Positions 47,292 through 57,253 of a stretch of 64,000 nt of DNA are shown here, one piece after another (position 1 is the first letter of the stretch; every line of letters starts with the position of its first letter). Under the pieces are notes generated by a model. That model did no database searches. It saw nothing but the letters and a program-made list of their open reading frames with translations, and was not told the DNA's origin. Where the stretch lies: the NCBI GenBank assembly GCA_050916045.1, contig CP051526.1:1408001-1472000 (forward strand). The letters run 5' to 3'. The translations under genes were made by a program, and so were the position numbers. The DNA comes from Tepidisphaera sp. GTDB lineage: Bacteria; Planctomycetota; Phycisphaerae; Phycisphaerales; UBA1924.

Positions 47292-49028
47292 TTACGGCAG
47301 CTTGACCTCGCGCGAGAGCCCCGAGGCTTTCTCCGCGACGTAGCGGATCGTCACCGTTGAGCCCGAGGGCGCCGCGACGAAGAAGCGGTACGTCAGCGTC
47401 TCGCGCGAGCCGATCCCGCTGTTCACGAGCACGCGGCCGGGTTCATGGTCCACGAGGCGAGGTTTGTCGTCGAGCCAGTTGTTCATCCGGCCGGACGCGA
47501 CGACCTTTCCGCCGGGCACTTCCGCAGTCAAGAGGTCCGGCAAGCCGATGCGTTTGTTCTCCGCGTGCTGCGATCGCGTCGGGATCGCCCGCTGATTGCG
47601 GATCTCGATCGTCACCATGTAGAGGCCGTCCGAGACCTTCGTCGCTTCGGCGCGGTCGGTCGTCAGCCAGGGCATGCTGTCGGCGTGCACCATCGTGAAC
47701 GCGAAGTTGCGGTGGCACTCTTCCTCGAGCATGAACGTCGGGGTGTTGCGGGCGGACCACTTGTTCATCCCGCCGATCAGGATCTTGCCGTGCTTGGGAT
47801 GGTCGAATTCCTTGTAGGGGACGAAGTTCTGGCCGAACGCCATGCGGTCGGTCCAGAGCCAGTCCTGCTGCTCGCTTGGGTTGGTCACGTCGCGCTGGAA
47901 GTACTTGGACTCCGACCAGAGCTCGTTGGTGAAGGAGAAGATGCCGCGTGACTCGGCGGTCCAGTTCACGAGGCCGCCGTGCACGGTGTACAGGTCCTTG
48001 TGGATGATCATCGAGCGGTAGTAGGGGAGGAGCTGTTCGCCGATGCGGGCGATCTCGTCGTAGACGGACGCGTCCTGGTCGGGGTACGCCCACTCGCGGA
48101 ACGGGGCTCCGGGACCACGGAGGATCATGCCGCCGGCGTTGTGGTAGGACTGCGCCGCCGCGATGTTCGGGCGGGTCTCGATGAAATCGGCGATGCACCG
48201 CGTCTCGGGTGCGGAGAAGGGACAAGGACCTGCTCCGAACTGCACGTACTCGGGAAGCCAGCCCGCGGGCCAGTTCCGGTTCATGTCGTCGCCGTACGGG
48301 CCGTCCTCGTTGACGAGGCCGTCGCCGTCGTTGTCGATTCCTTCTTCGCCCAAGCGTGTCCACCCGCCCGCGGGCTTGTCGTCGGGTCGACGGCGGAAGA
48401 TGCGGGGGTCGTCCTTGTCGCGTTCCCAGCGGCCGGCGGGGTCGGCTTTCCACATTTGCGTGAGCTGGCCGTCGCCGTCGAGGTCGTCGGGGCCGTCCTC
48501 ATCGATGCGTCCGTCGCGGTCGTTGTCGACGGGGCGCTGGTTGCCGCGGAAGTTGTTGGGGTTGGAGGGTCCCTTGAACCACGCGTCGCGGCTGTCGGGA
48601 TTGACGACGGGCGTGAGGTAGAACGCGGAACGGTCGATGAGCTCGGTGAGCGGCTTGTTGGTGCCGTGCATCTTGGTGAGGTACCACGCGGTGTAGAGGA
48701 CGGCTTCGGCGGCTTGGACTTCGTTGGCGTGGATGGCGCCGTCGATCCACATGGCCGGCTTGTCGGTGTCCTTGCCGGTCTTGGGGTTGTTGATGGTGAG
48801 CATCCAGATCTCGCGGCCCTGCAGGCTTCGGCCGAGGCTTGAGACCTTGGCGATCTCGGGGTAGGCGGCGGCGAGGTCCTGCATGGCTTTGCTGATCTCG
48901 TCGTAGGTGTGGTACCGGTTCCAGACGAGAGGGACCTTGGACGGGACGTCGGCCTGGGCTCTCACATCCGGAGCGGACAGGGCGTGAAGACCTAGAACAG
49001 CGGCGGTGAGGGCGAGTTTGGGTTGCAT
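47292..49028 (-). CDS. Secreted M14-family zinc carboxypeptidase
   Basis: Signal peptide, IDGAIHANE, NPDSR, DMNRNW, SYHN; DxDxDG calcium-binding-type insert. Confidence 0.9.
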   Translation of the reverse strand: MQPKLALTAAVLGLHALSAPDVRAQADVPSKVPLVWNRYHTYDEISKAMQDLAAAYPEIAKVSSLGRSLQGREIWMLTINNPKTGKDTDKPAMWIDGAIHANEVQAAEAVLYTAWYLTKMHGTNKPLTELIDRSAFYLTPVVNPDSRDAWFKGPSNPNNFRGNQRPVDNDRDGRIDEDGPDDLDGDGQLTQMWKADPAGRWERDKDDPRIFRRRPDDKPAGGWTRLGEEGIDNDGDGLVNEDGPYGDDMNRNWPAGWLPEYVQFGAGPCPFSAPETRCIADFIETRPNIAAAQSYHNAGGMILRGPGAPFREWAYPDQDASVYDEIARIGEQLLPYYRSMIIHKDLYTVHGGLVNWTAESRGIFSFTNELWSESKYFQRDVTNPSEQQDWLWTDRMAFGQNFVPYKEFDHPKHGKILIGGMNKWSARNTPTFMLEEECHRNFAFTMVHADSMPWLTTDRAEATKVSDGLYMVTIEIRNQRAIPTRSQHAENKRIGLPDLLTAEVPGGKVVASGRMNNWLDDKPRLVDHEPGRVLVNSGIGSRETLTYRFFVAAPSGSTVTIRYVAEKASGLSREVKLP

Positions 49029-49151
49029 GCGGGAGAGAGTGTAACGGAATCTGGACGTTTGGGGGGCGGGCCCCGGGAGAAGTCCTTGCACACGGCTTGC
49101 GGATCGGGCATACTGCCCGCTGTGTCTGTCCCCTTTCGAGGAGTATGCGTG

Positions 49152-51419
49152 ATGGCCAAGCGTGTGTGCACGATCGTTCCGGCGGTTCTTTGGGCGGCGG
49201 CGGGTCTTGCGGTGGGGCCGATGTCCGGCGTCGCGATGGCGGCGGCGGACCAGTCGGCGAACCAACCTGCGAACCAACAAGCGGCTTCGCGGACGTTTGT
49301 CGAGCAGCCGGGCGTGCTTGAGTTCACAGGGATGCTGATCGTGCGGCCGATTCAGGGCCTGGTCGCGGATTCGGACGCGCGGGCGCGGGCTTTGCTTGCT
49401 CCGATGGTGCTCCGGCATCACGCGGCGGTGGATGAGTACATCGTGCGTGTGCCGCTTGATCGCGTGACGGCGGGCGTCGCGGGGTCTGGCGAGAACGCGC
49501 TGGCCGCCGAGCTGATGGCGACGGGCTTCTTTCAGTACGCGGTGCCGAACTGGATGTGCTACCCGCTGGAGGTGACGCCGAATGATCCGCTCTTCAGCTC
49601 GCAGTGGCACCATCAGATGATGCGGTCGCAAGCGGGGTGGACGATCTCGACGGGTTCGCCGGATCTGACGGTCGCGGTGACGGACACGGGCATCGACGTG
49701 ACGCACCCGGACCTGACGTCGCACCGGGTGCTGGGGTATGACGCGTACAACAACATCGCGGAGGTCAACGGCGGCAGCGTCGCGGACATCAACGGTCACG
49801 GCACGCACGTCGCGGGTTGCGCTGCGGCGATCGGCGACAACGGCGAGGGTGTGGCCGGGCCGAACTGGAACTCGAAGATCATGATGATCCGCGTCGCGAT
49901 CAACTCCGGCGGCGGAGCGTACTACGAGGATCTGATGGAGGGCGCCCGCTGGGCGATCGAGAACGGCGCCAAGACCGTGAGCGCCTCGTACTCGGGCGTC
50001 GACTATGAGCCGATCCAGACGACCGGCGCGTACATCAAGTCCATCGGCGGGCTTTACTTCTACGCGGCGGGCAACGACGCTCGAAACCTGAACATGTTCG
50101 ACTGGCCGGACGTCACGGTCGTCGGTGCCAGCGAGAGCGGCGATAACCGGGCGGGTTTCTCGGCGTACGGGCCGGGCGTGGACGTGTTCGCTCCCGGACA
50201 GAACATTCTGTCGTCGATCAACGGCGGCGGGTACGGCGGGGCTTCGGGCACGAGCATGGCGACGCCGGTCGCCAACGGCGTGGCTTCGCTGATCTGGTCG
50301 ATCAACCCGGCGCTCTCGCCGGACCAGGTCCAGAACCTGCTCTACACCTCAAGCACCGACAAGGGCACCCCGGGCGATGATGATGTCTGGGGCTGGGGCC
50401 GCGTGGATGTGCTCGGCGCGACGCAGGCCGCGGCCGGCACGCTCGGCCCGGCGGATCCGACGGCTTCGGACGACTCGTACATCGCCGTCGGCGACGCGGT
50501 CGCGCCCCAAGCGGAACTCCTCGACGTCCTGAGCAACGACTTTGACGTCAACGGCGACACCATCACGCTGCTCTCGTTCTCCGCGTCGACGCCGGCGGGC
50601 GGGACGCTGACGCGCTCGGTCGGCACCGGCCCCGGCGGCCGCGACCAGATCGCGTACGCGGCCGCTCCGGGATACTCGGGCGCGGACACCTTCTCCTACA
50701 CGGTTCAGGACGGCACGGGCCGGGAGGACACTGCGACCGTCACGGTCACGGTGATGGACAGCTCGCTCTTCCGCACTCCCGAGAACCCGATCCACCGCGC
50801 GGCTGAGATCGATGTGGCGTACTACGTCACGGTCGGTTTCAGCAACCTGCCGAACTTTGACACGATGTCCCCGTACGCCCAGGCCCGCTCGGCGGACATC
50901 AACTATCCGTCGACGAACGGCGCGTTCGCGGCGAGCGGTCGGAGCGATGAGGTCGGCGCGGTCTTCACCGGGTTTGTCACCGTGCCGCGGACCGGGTTCT
51001 ACACGTTCTACACGTCCTCGGATGACGGCTCGCGTCTGCTCATCGGCGATCAGGTCGTCGTGAACAACGACGGCCTGCACGGGATGGAGGAGCGGTTCGG
51101 TCAGATCGGCCTCAAAGCCGGGACGCACGCGATCCGCGTGAACTTCTTCGAGAATGGCGGCGGTGCGGGCGTGATCGCTTCGATCCAGGGCCCGGGCCTG
51201 GCCAAGCAGCCGATCGCGGCTTCGATGTTCTCCCGCGAGGTGTGCGGAGCGGACTTCAACGGCGACGGATTCGTCGATTTCTTCGACTATGACGCGTACG
51301 TCGAGTGCTTCGAGGGCGCAGCCTGCCCGCCGCGTCAGACGGCCGACTTCAACGGCGACGGCTTCGCCGACTTCTTCGACTACGACGACTTCATCGGAGC
51401 CTTCGAGACGGGTTGCTGA
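49152..51419 (+). CDS. Secreted S8 subtilase with Ig-like and PA14 domains and GC-type dockerin-like anchor
   Basis: Catalytic triad VTDTG / HGTHVAG / GTSMA; DVLSND...GADTFSYTV; SDDGSRL; double DFNGDGF repeat ending GC*. Confidence 0.92.
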   Translation: MAKRVCTIVPAVLWAAAGLAVGPMSGVAMAAADQSANQPANQQAASRTFVEQPGVLEFTGMLIVRPIQGLVADSDARARALLAPMVLRHHAAVDEYIVRVPLDRVTAGVAGSGENALAAELMATGFFQYAVPNWMCYPLEVTPNDPLFSSQWHHQMMRSQAGWTISTGSPDLTVAVTDTGIDVTHPDLTSHRVLGYDAYNNIAEVNGGSVADINGHGTHVAGCAAAIGDNGEGVAGPNWNSKIMMIRVAINSGGGAYYEDLMEGARWAIENGAKTVSASYSGVDYEPIQTTGAYIKSIGGLYFYAAGNDARNLNMFDWPDVTVVGASESGDNRAGFSAYGPGVDVFAPGQNILSSINGGGYGGASGTSMATPVANGVASLIWSINPALSPDQVQNLLYTSSTDKGTPGDDDVWGWGRVDVLGATQAAAGTLGPADPTASDDSYIAVGDAVAPQAELLDVLSNDFDVNGDTITLLSFSASTPAGGTLTRSVGTGPGGRDQIAYAAAPGYSGADTFSYTVQDGTGREDTATVTVTVMDSSLFRTPENPIHRAAEIDVAYYVTVGFSNLPNFDTMSPYAQARSADINYPSTNGAFAASGRSDEVGAVFTGFVTVPRTGFYTFYTSSDDGSRLLIGDQVVVNNDGLHGMEERFGQIGLKAGTHAIRVNFFENGGGAGVIASIQGPGLAKQPIAASMFSREVCGADFNGDGFVDFFDYDAYVECFEGAACPPRQTADFNGDGFADFFDYDDFIGAFETGC

Positions 51420-51467
51420 GCCCCGCCCCGACTGCGTAAGCCTTCTGACGCCATGAGAACAAACCAG

Positions 51468-51497
51468 AGCCGGCACGGAACTCCGTGCCGGCTTTTC
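51468..51497 (+). terminator. Rho-independent terminator
   Basis: AGCCGGCACGGA-ac-TCCGTGCCGGCT followed by TTTC. Confidence 0.8.
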
Positions 51498-51545
51498 TCT
51501 TGCCCGCTCCTGTCGCTGCCGGCTTTCTGAGCTTTCGGCTTTCCG

Positions 51546-53945
51546 CTATTCGGGCACCCACGCGAGCACAACGGCCCGGACGTTGATGCCCGCTTTCTTG
51601 GGGTGAAGGCGGAGCGTCGTGAACTCGGCCGCGGAAGCGTCGAAGCGGAGCGAAAGCTCGCTTGCTTCGGCTCCAAACTCCGCTTCGAGGGTGTGCAGTT
51701 GTTCCTGCAGCGCGGCGACGTTCTCCTCGGCGCGGGCGACGTCGGAGGATTCTTTCGTCTGGCGGCCGACGCTCCGCGCGGCGGATGCGGCGCGGCCGAG
51801 GTTGGCCGAGGACGCGATCTTCCGCCCCATGAACGCGCCGAGGATCGCCGAGCCGACGGAGAGGAAGGTGCCGGTCTTCGCGGCGGCGGCCTGTTCGCGC
51901 TGGGCTTCGGCTTGCTGCTGGGCCCGGCGGATGCGTTCCTGAAGTGCCGTGACCTTGGGCGCGTACTTCGTCCGGAGCTTGTCGACCGCGGCGTCGCGTG
52001 CTTCCCGAGCGGCCATCGCGACGCGAGACTTGAAGTCCCGCTCGGCTTCGAACGGCTTGGATGAGATCTTGAATGCCGCGCAGTGCTTCAGGACAAGCTC
52101 GTGCGTGCGGTAAAGAGAATCCGCGAGTGCTTTCTTCCACCCCTCGTACGAGCGCGGCTTGCCCGCGTCGGGATGGAGCGTCGCGAAGGTCGCGTCGCCC
52201 ACCGGTTCGCGTTCGACGTCCGCTTCGGTCAGTTCGACCTCCTCCGCCCGCTCCCAGTCGACGGCGACGGGGCCGGTTGAGACCTCGGTGAGGAACGCTT
52301 CCTCGATCTCCTGATCGATCCCGGCTTTCGCGTCGTAGTAGTAGACCTTTGCGAACGCGAGGAGCTTGGGCGAGTACGTGACCGAACCTGTCGCGCGCGT
52401 GGGCAGGAAGTACTGCGGGATCGCGGGGTCCAGGATCGGCCGGCCCGAAGCCTGACCCGTCGAGGCGGGCGCGGAGCGGCGGATTGGTTTGCTCGCGGAG
52501 GCCGCGGGCTCGCGTCCGGTCCTTTCGGTGAGCGCCCTGATCTGCCCCCGCGTCAGCGGCCCGCGCAGGTACGACAAGCACCACCGCGTCTCGAAGACTT
52601 CCGGGTGGTCGTCGTGCACGTTGTTCATCAGGAAGACCCGCTGGCCGAGCTGCGACAGCATGCCGTCCATCTCCGCCCGGTTGAACCCGCCCGCGGCGGC
52701 GCCCTCCAAGCCGTCCAGCACGCGCTGCTTGTCGCGGTCGGTCTGGAGCCGGCCGATGAACCACGTCCCGGCGTTCGACAAGCCCTTGTAATCCAGATCG
52801 ACCGGGTTCTGCGTCGCGAGCATGACGCCCACGCCGAACGCACGCCCCTGCTTCATCAGCGTCATCAGCGGCTTTTTGCTCGGCGGGTTGGCGGTGGGGG
52901 GGATGTACCCCGCGATCTCATCCATGTACACGATCGCTCGCAGGCTTGTCGTGCCCGACTGCGCCCGCGTCCACGCCAGCACGTGGTTCAGGAGCAGCGA
53001 GACGAAGAACATCCGCTCGGCGTCGGACAGGTGGGCGATCGAGAAGATCGCGTGCCGCGGTTTGCCCTCGGCTGTGTACAGGAACGACTGGATGTCCATC
53101 GCGTCGCCCTCAAGCCAGGACGCGAACCCCGGCGACGCGACGAGGTTGTTGAGCATCATCGCCAGCGCGAACCGGTCCTTGGCCGGAAAGACCGACTCAA
53201 GCTCCATCACGCCGATCCGCGTGAACGGCGGCGACTGGATCTGTGCGATCATCGCCGCAAGGTCGATGTCCTTCCCGCTAGCCCACGCCGTCGAGAGGAT
53301 CGTCGAGATCAGCGTGTGCTCACGCGTCGCGACCTGTTCGCCGGACAAGCCCATCAGGCCGAGCAAGCTTGTCGCGGTCGACGAGACGCGATCGCGGAAA
53401 AGCTCGCCGTCCTCAAGCGACTCCCGTGGCGGCGCGGCGAAGGTCTTGAGCACCGAGACGGGCGTGCCGGCGGATGAGCCGGGGGTGTAGACGGTGAACT
53501 CGCACGCGGCTTTGAGCTTGGCGATGCGATCGCCCGTCTGGCCCCAGTCGGCGAGCCCCCTGGCCCAGAGCTCGGCTTGCTGGCGGGCGAAGTCGTCGGG
53601 CGAGAGGTTCTTTTTGCGAGCGTCGTCGTCGTTGATCCACGGACGGAAGTCTTCGGGCTTGAGCTCGGGGAAGGTCAGGAGCAAGTTCGCGAGGTCGCCC
53701 TTGGGGTCGATGATGATCGCGGGGATCCCGTCGATCGCGGCTTCCTCGAGGAGGGCGAGGCACAAGCCGGTCTTCCCCGACCCGGTCATGCCGACGCAGA
53801 CCGCGTGCGTGACCAGGTCCTTGGAGTCGTAGAGGATGAGCCCATCCCGCCGTGAGCGGGTTGCGAGGTCGTGCTGCTTGCCGAGGTAGAACGCTCCGAG
53901 CTTCTCGAAGTCGGCGGGGACGGGGGCGCTGGAAGGGGTGGGCAT
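51546..53945 (-). CDS. HerA/FtsK-superfamily P-loop ATPase (DUF87/DUF853-like)
   Basis: THAVCVGMTGSGKTG, IDPKGD, YMDEIAG, KQGRAFGVG...ATQNPVDLDYK; C-terminal coiled coil. Confidence 0.88.
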   Translation of the reverse strand: MPTPSSAPVPADFEKLGAFYLGKQHDLATRSRRDGLILYDSKDLVTHAVCVGMTGSGKTGLCLALLEEAAIDGIPAIIIDPKGDLANLLLTFPELKPEDFRPWINDDDARKKNLSPDDFARQQAELWARGLADWGQTGDRIAKLKAACEFTVYTPGSSAGTPVSVLKTFAAPPRESLEDGELFRDRVSSTATSLLGLMGLSGEQVATREHTLISTILSTAWASGKDIDLAAMIAQIQSPPFTRIGVMELESVFPAKDRFALAMMLNNLVASPGFASWLEGDAMDIQSFLYTAEGKPRHAIFSIAHLSDAERMFFVSLLLNHVLAWTRAQSGTTSLRAIVYMDEIAGYIPPTANPPSKKPLMTLMKQGRAFGVGVMLATQNPVDLDYKGLSNAGTWFIGRLQTDRDKQRVLDGLEGAAAGGFNRAEMDGMLSQLGQRVFLMNNVHDDHPEVFETRWCLSYLRGPLTRGQIRALTERTGREPAASASKPIRRSAPASTGQASGRPILDPAIPQYFLPTRATGSVTYSPKLLAFAKVYYYDAKAGIDQEIEEAFLTEVSTGPVAVDWERAEEVELTEADVEREPVGDATFATLHPDAGKPRSYEGWKKALADSLYRTHELVLKHCAAFKISSKPFEAERDFKSRVAMAAREARDAAVDKLRTKYAPKVTALQERIRRAQQQAEAQREQAAAAKTGTFLSVGSAILGAFMGRKIASSANLGRAASAARSVGRQTKESSDVARAEENVAALQEQLHTLEAEFGAEASELSLRFDASAAEFTTLRLHPKKAGINVRAVVLAWVPE

Positions 53946-54056
53946 GACCGGGATCCTAGAGGGTCCTGTGGTCGGGAGGTTTTCGGTGGTCGGGCGCGGT
54001 TCGCGGCGGGTCTGGGAGTGGGAGAGAAGGGGTTGGGAGCCTATAGTCGGCCCGAC

Positions 54057-54131
54057 GCCGAGGTAGCTCAGCTGGTTTAGAGCGCTGGATTCATAACCCG
54101 GAGGTCGGCGGTTCGAGTCCGCCCCTCGGCA
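54057..54131 (+). tRNA. tRNA with CAT anticodon, probably elongator tRNA-Met; CCA not encoded
   Basis: Acceptor GCCGAGG/CCTCGGC, D arm GCTC/GAGC, loop TTCATAA, T arm GGCGG-TTCGAGT-CCGCC. G1-C72 is paired and there is no GGG run, so not an initiator. Confidence 0.95.
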
Positions 54132-54400
54132 TTCCCAACCCCCCACCCACAACCGAACGTGCAAAGAGCCCGGAGCGCCTTCACGGGTCGCGACCCGATG
54201 TCGCATGGCGAACGTGGAAGCCGTGACATCCGAGAACCGACGGCTTCACGCGAACATGCCTGGCGATGTTTCGCCGTGCGTCCGAACACTGGGGGAGGGG
54301 CGGCAACGAGGGCGGTTTTTGCTTGGTCGGCGGCCCCGATGCGGGTATCTTGTGCCCCATCGCGTGCCGCGCCGATGCGGTCCGCGACCAGGAGTATCCC

Positions 54401-55972
54401 ATGTCGCGTCAGTCCACGGCTTCTCGTTCCACGCCCGGTCTGGTGGGTTGGTTCTTCCGCGCTTCATCCCGCCGTAGTGTGGTCGCCGCGGCCTGCGCGG
54501 CCGCGTGCTTCCTCGCGAGCGCCGAGCGTGCTCTTGCCCAGGGGTTCCCCTCCGGGGATTGCTGGGAAGGGTGGCAAAACGCTGGTAATCTCGGGGGTAC
54601 TCTCTTTCCGGATCAGGTCGTGCGAGCTCTGGCCTTTCAGCCCCCGGGCGGCGGGGCCGGGCCGGCCGGCTCTGTGATCTTGGGCGGTGACTTTACCGGC
54701 ATTGCCAGCAACGTGCCCGCACGGTTCTTGGGCCGCTACAACCTCGCGACCGGGGCTCGCGCCCAACTCGGCGCGACCTTGAATGCAAGAGTGCGTGCGA
54801 TCGCGGTGATTCCCGGCGGCGATGTCATCGTCGGCGGCGACTTCAGCACCGCGGGGGCGGCCGGGGTTGGCCGGATCGCCCGCTACATCGATGCGACGGG
54901 GGCTTGGTCGACGATGGCGGGCGGTGTGAGCGGTACGAGTGTCGCGGCTCTGCTGACGCTGCCAAGCGGCGATGTGGTGGTGGGCGGGACGTTCACGTCG
55001 GTCGGGCCCGGTGTGGCCGCGCAGAACATCGCGATCTACCGCTCGGCGACCAACACGTGGCAGAGCATTGGTGCGATCGCGGGAGCCGTGCCCACGGTCG
55101 CGTCATTGGCCCTTACCGCCAACGGCGATGTTCTCGTTGGCGGACGTTTCACGACGGCGGGCGGCGTGCCCGCCGGGAGCATCGCCCGCTACCGACCTTC
55201 GACCGGCGCGTGGTCGGCGGTGGGCGGTGGGGTTCTCGATGTGGTGAACGCCTTGATGGAACTGCCCGGCGGCGATGTGCTGTGCGGCTCGGACTTCGGT
55301 CTTTACCGGTTCAACGCGGCGACGCAGACGTGGTCGCCATTCAACGAAGAGGTCTACGGCACCCTCGCGCTGGCAACCCTCCCGGACGGGTCGGTGCTGG
55401 TGGGTGGTCGGGGGAACGTGGAGTTCGGCCAGCCTCTCGAACGCTATCGCCCCGATCCGGCGCCGCTGGGCTCCTCCACGCTCTTCGCGGGCGGAGTCTA
55501 TGGTGAGGTGCGGGCGATCCTGCCGCTCCCGAGCGGGCTGGTCTGGGTCGGTGGCGCATTCCAGAGCCGGGCCCAGAACCTCGTGGCGTACGCCGTTCCC
55601 GGCACGCTGCCGGCGTTCGCGAGGCAACCCGCCCCGATGCTCACGGTCGTCGGGGGCACGGCGGTCTTCGACCTCAGTGCTTCGGCGCTGGGCGCGGTCA
55701 CCTTCCGCTGGCAGAAGGACGGCGTGCCGCTGGACATCGTCGCCAACCCGACGGCGGCGACACCGATCCTGCGCCTCTCCAACCTGCAGCCCAGCGATGC
55801 GGGGTCGTACGTGTGCATCGTGACCGGTTCGTGCAACGATCTTCCCCTCGGCAGTGCCCCCGCCACGCTCACGTTCCCGGGCCCGGCCTGCCCGGCGGAC
55901 TTCAACGGGGACCAGTTCGTGGACTTCTTCGACTACCTCGACTTCGTGACGTCGTTCGAGGAAGGGTGCTAG
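54401..55972 (+). CDS. Secreted beta-propeller-repeat protein with Ig domain and single dockerin-like anchor
   Basis: SD AGGAG; repeated GDVxVGGxF...IARY...W units; FRWQKDG...DAGSYVC; CPADFNGDQFVDFFDY...GC*. Confidence 0.88.
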   Translation: MSRQSTASRSTPGLVGWFFRASSRRSVVAAACAAACFLASAERALAQGFPSGDCWEGWQNAGNLGGTLFPDQVVRALAFQPPGGGAGPAGSVILGGDFTGIASNVPARFLGRYNLATGARAQLGATLNARVRAIAVIPGGDVIVGGDFSTAGAAGVGRIARYIDATGAWSTMAGGVSGTSVAALLTLPSGDVVVGGTFTSVGPGVAAQNIAIYRSATNTWQSIGAIAGAVPTVASLALTANGDVLVGGRFTTAGGVPAGSIARYRPSTGAWSAVGGGVLDVVNALMELPGGDVLCGSDFGLYRFNAATQTWSPFNEEVYGTLALATLPDGSVLVGGRGNVEFGQPLERYRPDPAPLGSSTLFAGGVYGEVRAILPLPSGLVWVGGAFQSRAQNLVAYAVPGTLPAFARQPAPMLTVVGGTAVFDLSASALGAVTFRWQKDGVPLDIVANPTAATPILRLSNLQPSDAGSYVCIVTGSCNDLPLGSAPATLTFPGPACPADFNGDQFVDFFDYLDFVTSFEEGC

Positions 55973-56035
55973 GGTCCCTGATCTGCTTTCCACGCGTGTG
56001 CGCGTGGGAGTCGGGTCCTTCGAGGAGACCAACGA

Positions 56036-57106
56036 ATGAACTGCCAAGCGAGAATGAGCGTTGCGTGGGCGGTGTTGGTTTCCGCAGGGGCTGCGATGGT
56101 TTCGCTTCCCCAACAAGCGGCGGGCGATCCGACGGTGCCGGGCGTCACGACGAGGCTGTACAGCCAGTTGGGCGCGGGGCAGTTGCCGTACACGCTCGCG
56201 TTGGACGCCTCGGGGGTTCTGTACGTGTCGTCGGACAACAACGCGAGCGAGGGCAGGTTCATCCTGAGCGTGCCGGTGGGGGGCGGCTCGCCGCTCAACT
56301 TCAGCACCGAGCGGATATTCGACCCCGACGGTGTGATCGTGGATCGCACAGGGTCATACTCGGGCGTGGCGGGGGCTGTGCTGGTGGGGTGCACGGACGA
56401 CGCGGGGCCGACGGGTCGGATTCGTGCGGTGAGGTCGGACGGGACCAATTTCACGGTCGCGGGGCCGAGTACGGAACTGAATAACAACGACACGATGGCG
56501 TTTGACTCGCTCGGGCGGTTGTACATCGATGTCTACGGGAACCGCACGGTGGCCCGAATGAATGGGAGTGTGCCGACGGCGATCCTCACGCTTCCGCCGG
56601 GGGTTTTAGGGGGCGTGATCGAGATTGACCATCTTGATCGGTTGTGGATCGCGTGTACGGACGGGAATCTGAGGAGGTACTCGCTGGCGGGCGTACTTGA
56701 AGCCACGATCCGCGTCTCGAACGCGTCCCTCGGCATGGGGCGGAGCGACGGCGGGTTATTCGAGCGCGGGATCTATGTGATCAACCGGCAGAGCGGGATT
56801 CTCTCGCGGGTGAATGCGCAGGACGAGCTTGAGGCGGTCGGCTCGGGGTTCGGGGAGGTGTATCACGCGGTGTTCGACGCTTCGGGGGCGATGTATGTCG
56901 CTGGGTACGAGAGCGCGCGGGTGTGGAAGCTGGGGGGATGCCCGGCGGATTTCAACGGGGACGGCTTTCTTGACTTCTTTGACTACAGCGACTTTGTGAC
57001 AGCGTTTGAGACCGGCGGCGGGCTCGAAGCGGACTTCAACGGGGACGGATTCGTCGATTTCTTTGACTACGACGAGTATGTGGCGGCGTTTGAGGCCGGG
57101 TGCTGA
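56036..57106 (+). CDS. Secreted NHL/SMP-30-like beta-propeller protein with dockerin-like anchor
   Basis: SD GAGGAG; LALDASGVLYV, MAFDSLGRLYI, VFDASGAMYV; double DFNGDGF repeat ending GC*. Confidence 0.88.
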   Translation: MNCQARMSVAWAVLVSAGAAMVSLPQQAAGDPTVPGVTTRLYSQLGAGQLPYTLALDASGVLYVSSDNNASEGRFILSVPVGGGSPLNFSTERIFDPDGVIVDRTGSYSGVAGAVLVGCTDDAGPTGRIRAVRSDGTNFTVAGPSTELNNNDTMAFDSLGRLYIDVYGNRTVARMNGSVPTAILTLPPGVLGGVIEIDHLDRLWIACTDGNLRRYSLAGVLEATIRVSNASLGMGRSDGGLFERGIYVINRQSGILSRVNAQDELEAVGSGFGEVYHAVFDASGAMYVAGYESARVWKLGGCPADFNGDGFLDFFDYSDFVTAFETGGGLEADFNGDGFVDFFDYDEYVAAFEAGC

Positions 57107-57253
57107 GTATCGTGGCAGCCTGCCGCTCTTGGTCCGATGCACGGATCGAATATCCTGGTGCGTTTGGCTCGGCTTTCAGGTATGCTCGCGTCTGCGAGTA
57201 ACGGCGATGCCTTCGTCGTTCCTTGGCCGACCTTTACCGGGAGTTTCTCTTCG

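Noticed and set aside
54057..54131. tRNA-Ile2 (TilS substrate) or initiator tRNA
   Set aside because: The paired G1-C72 and absence of three consecutive G-C anticodon-stem pairs exclude an initiator. The sequence looks more like elongator Met, and tilS is 35 kb away. An isotype-specific model would settle Met versus Ile2.
53946..54206. Extension of the HerA-like ORF across the tRNA
   Set aside because: It is the antisense reading of the tRNA; the ATG at 53945 is the plausible start.
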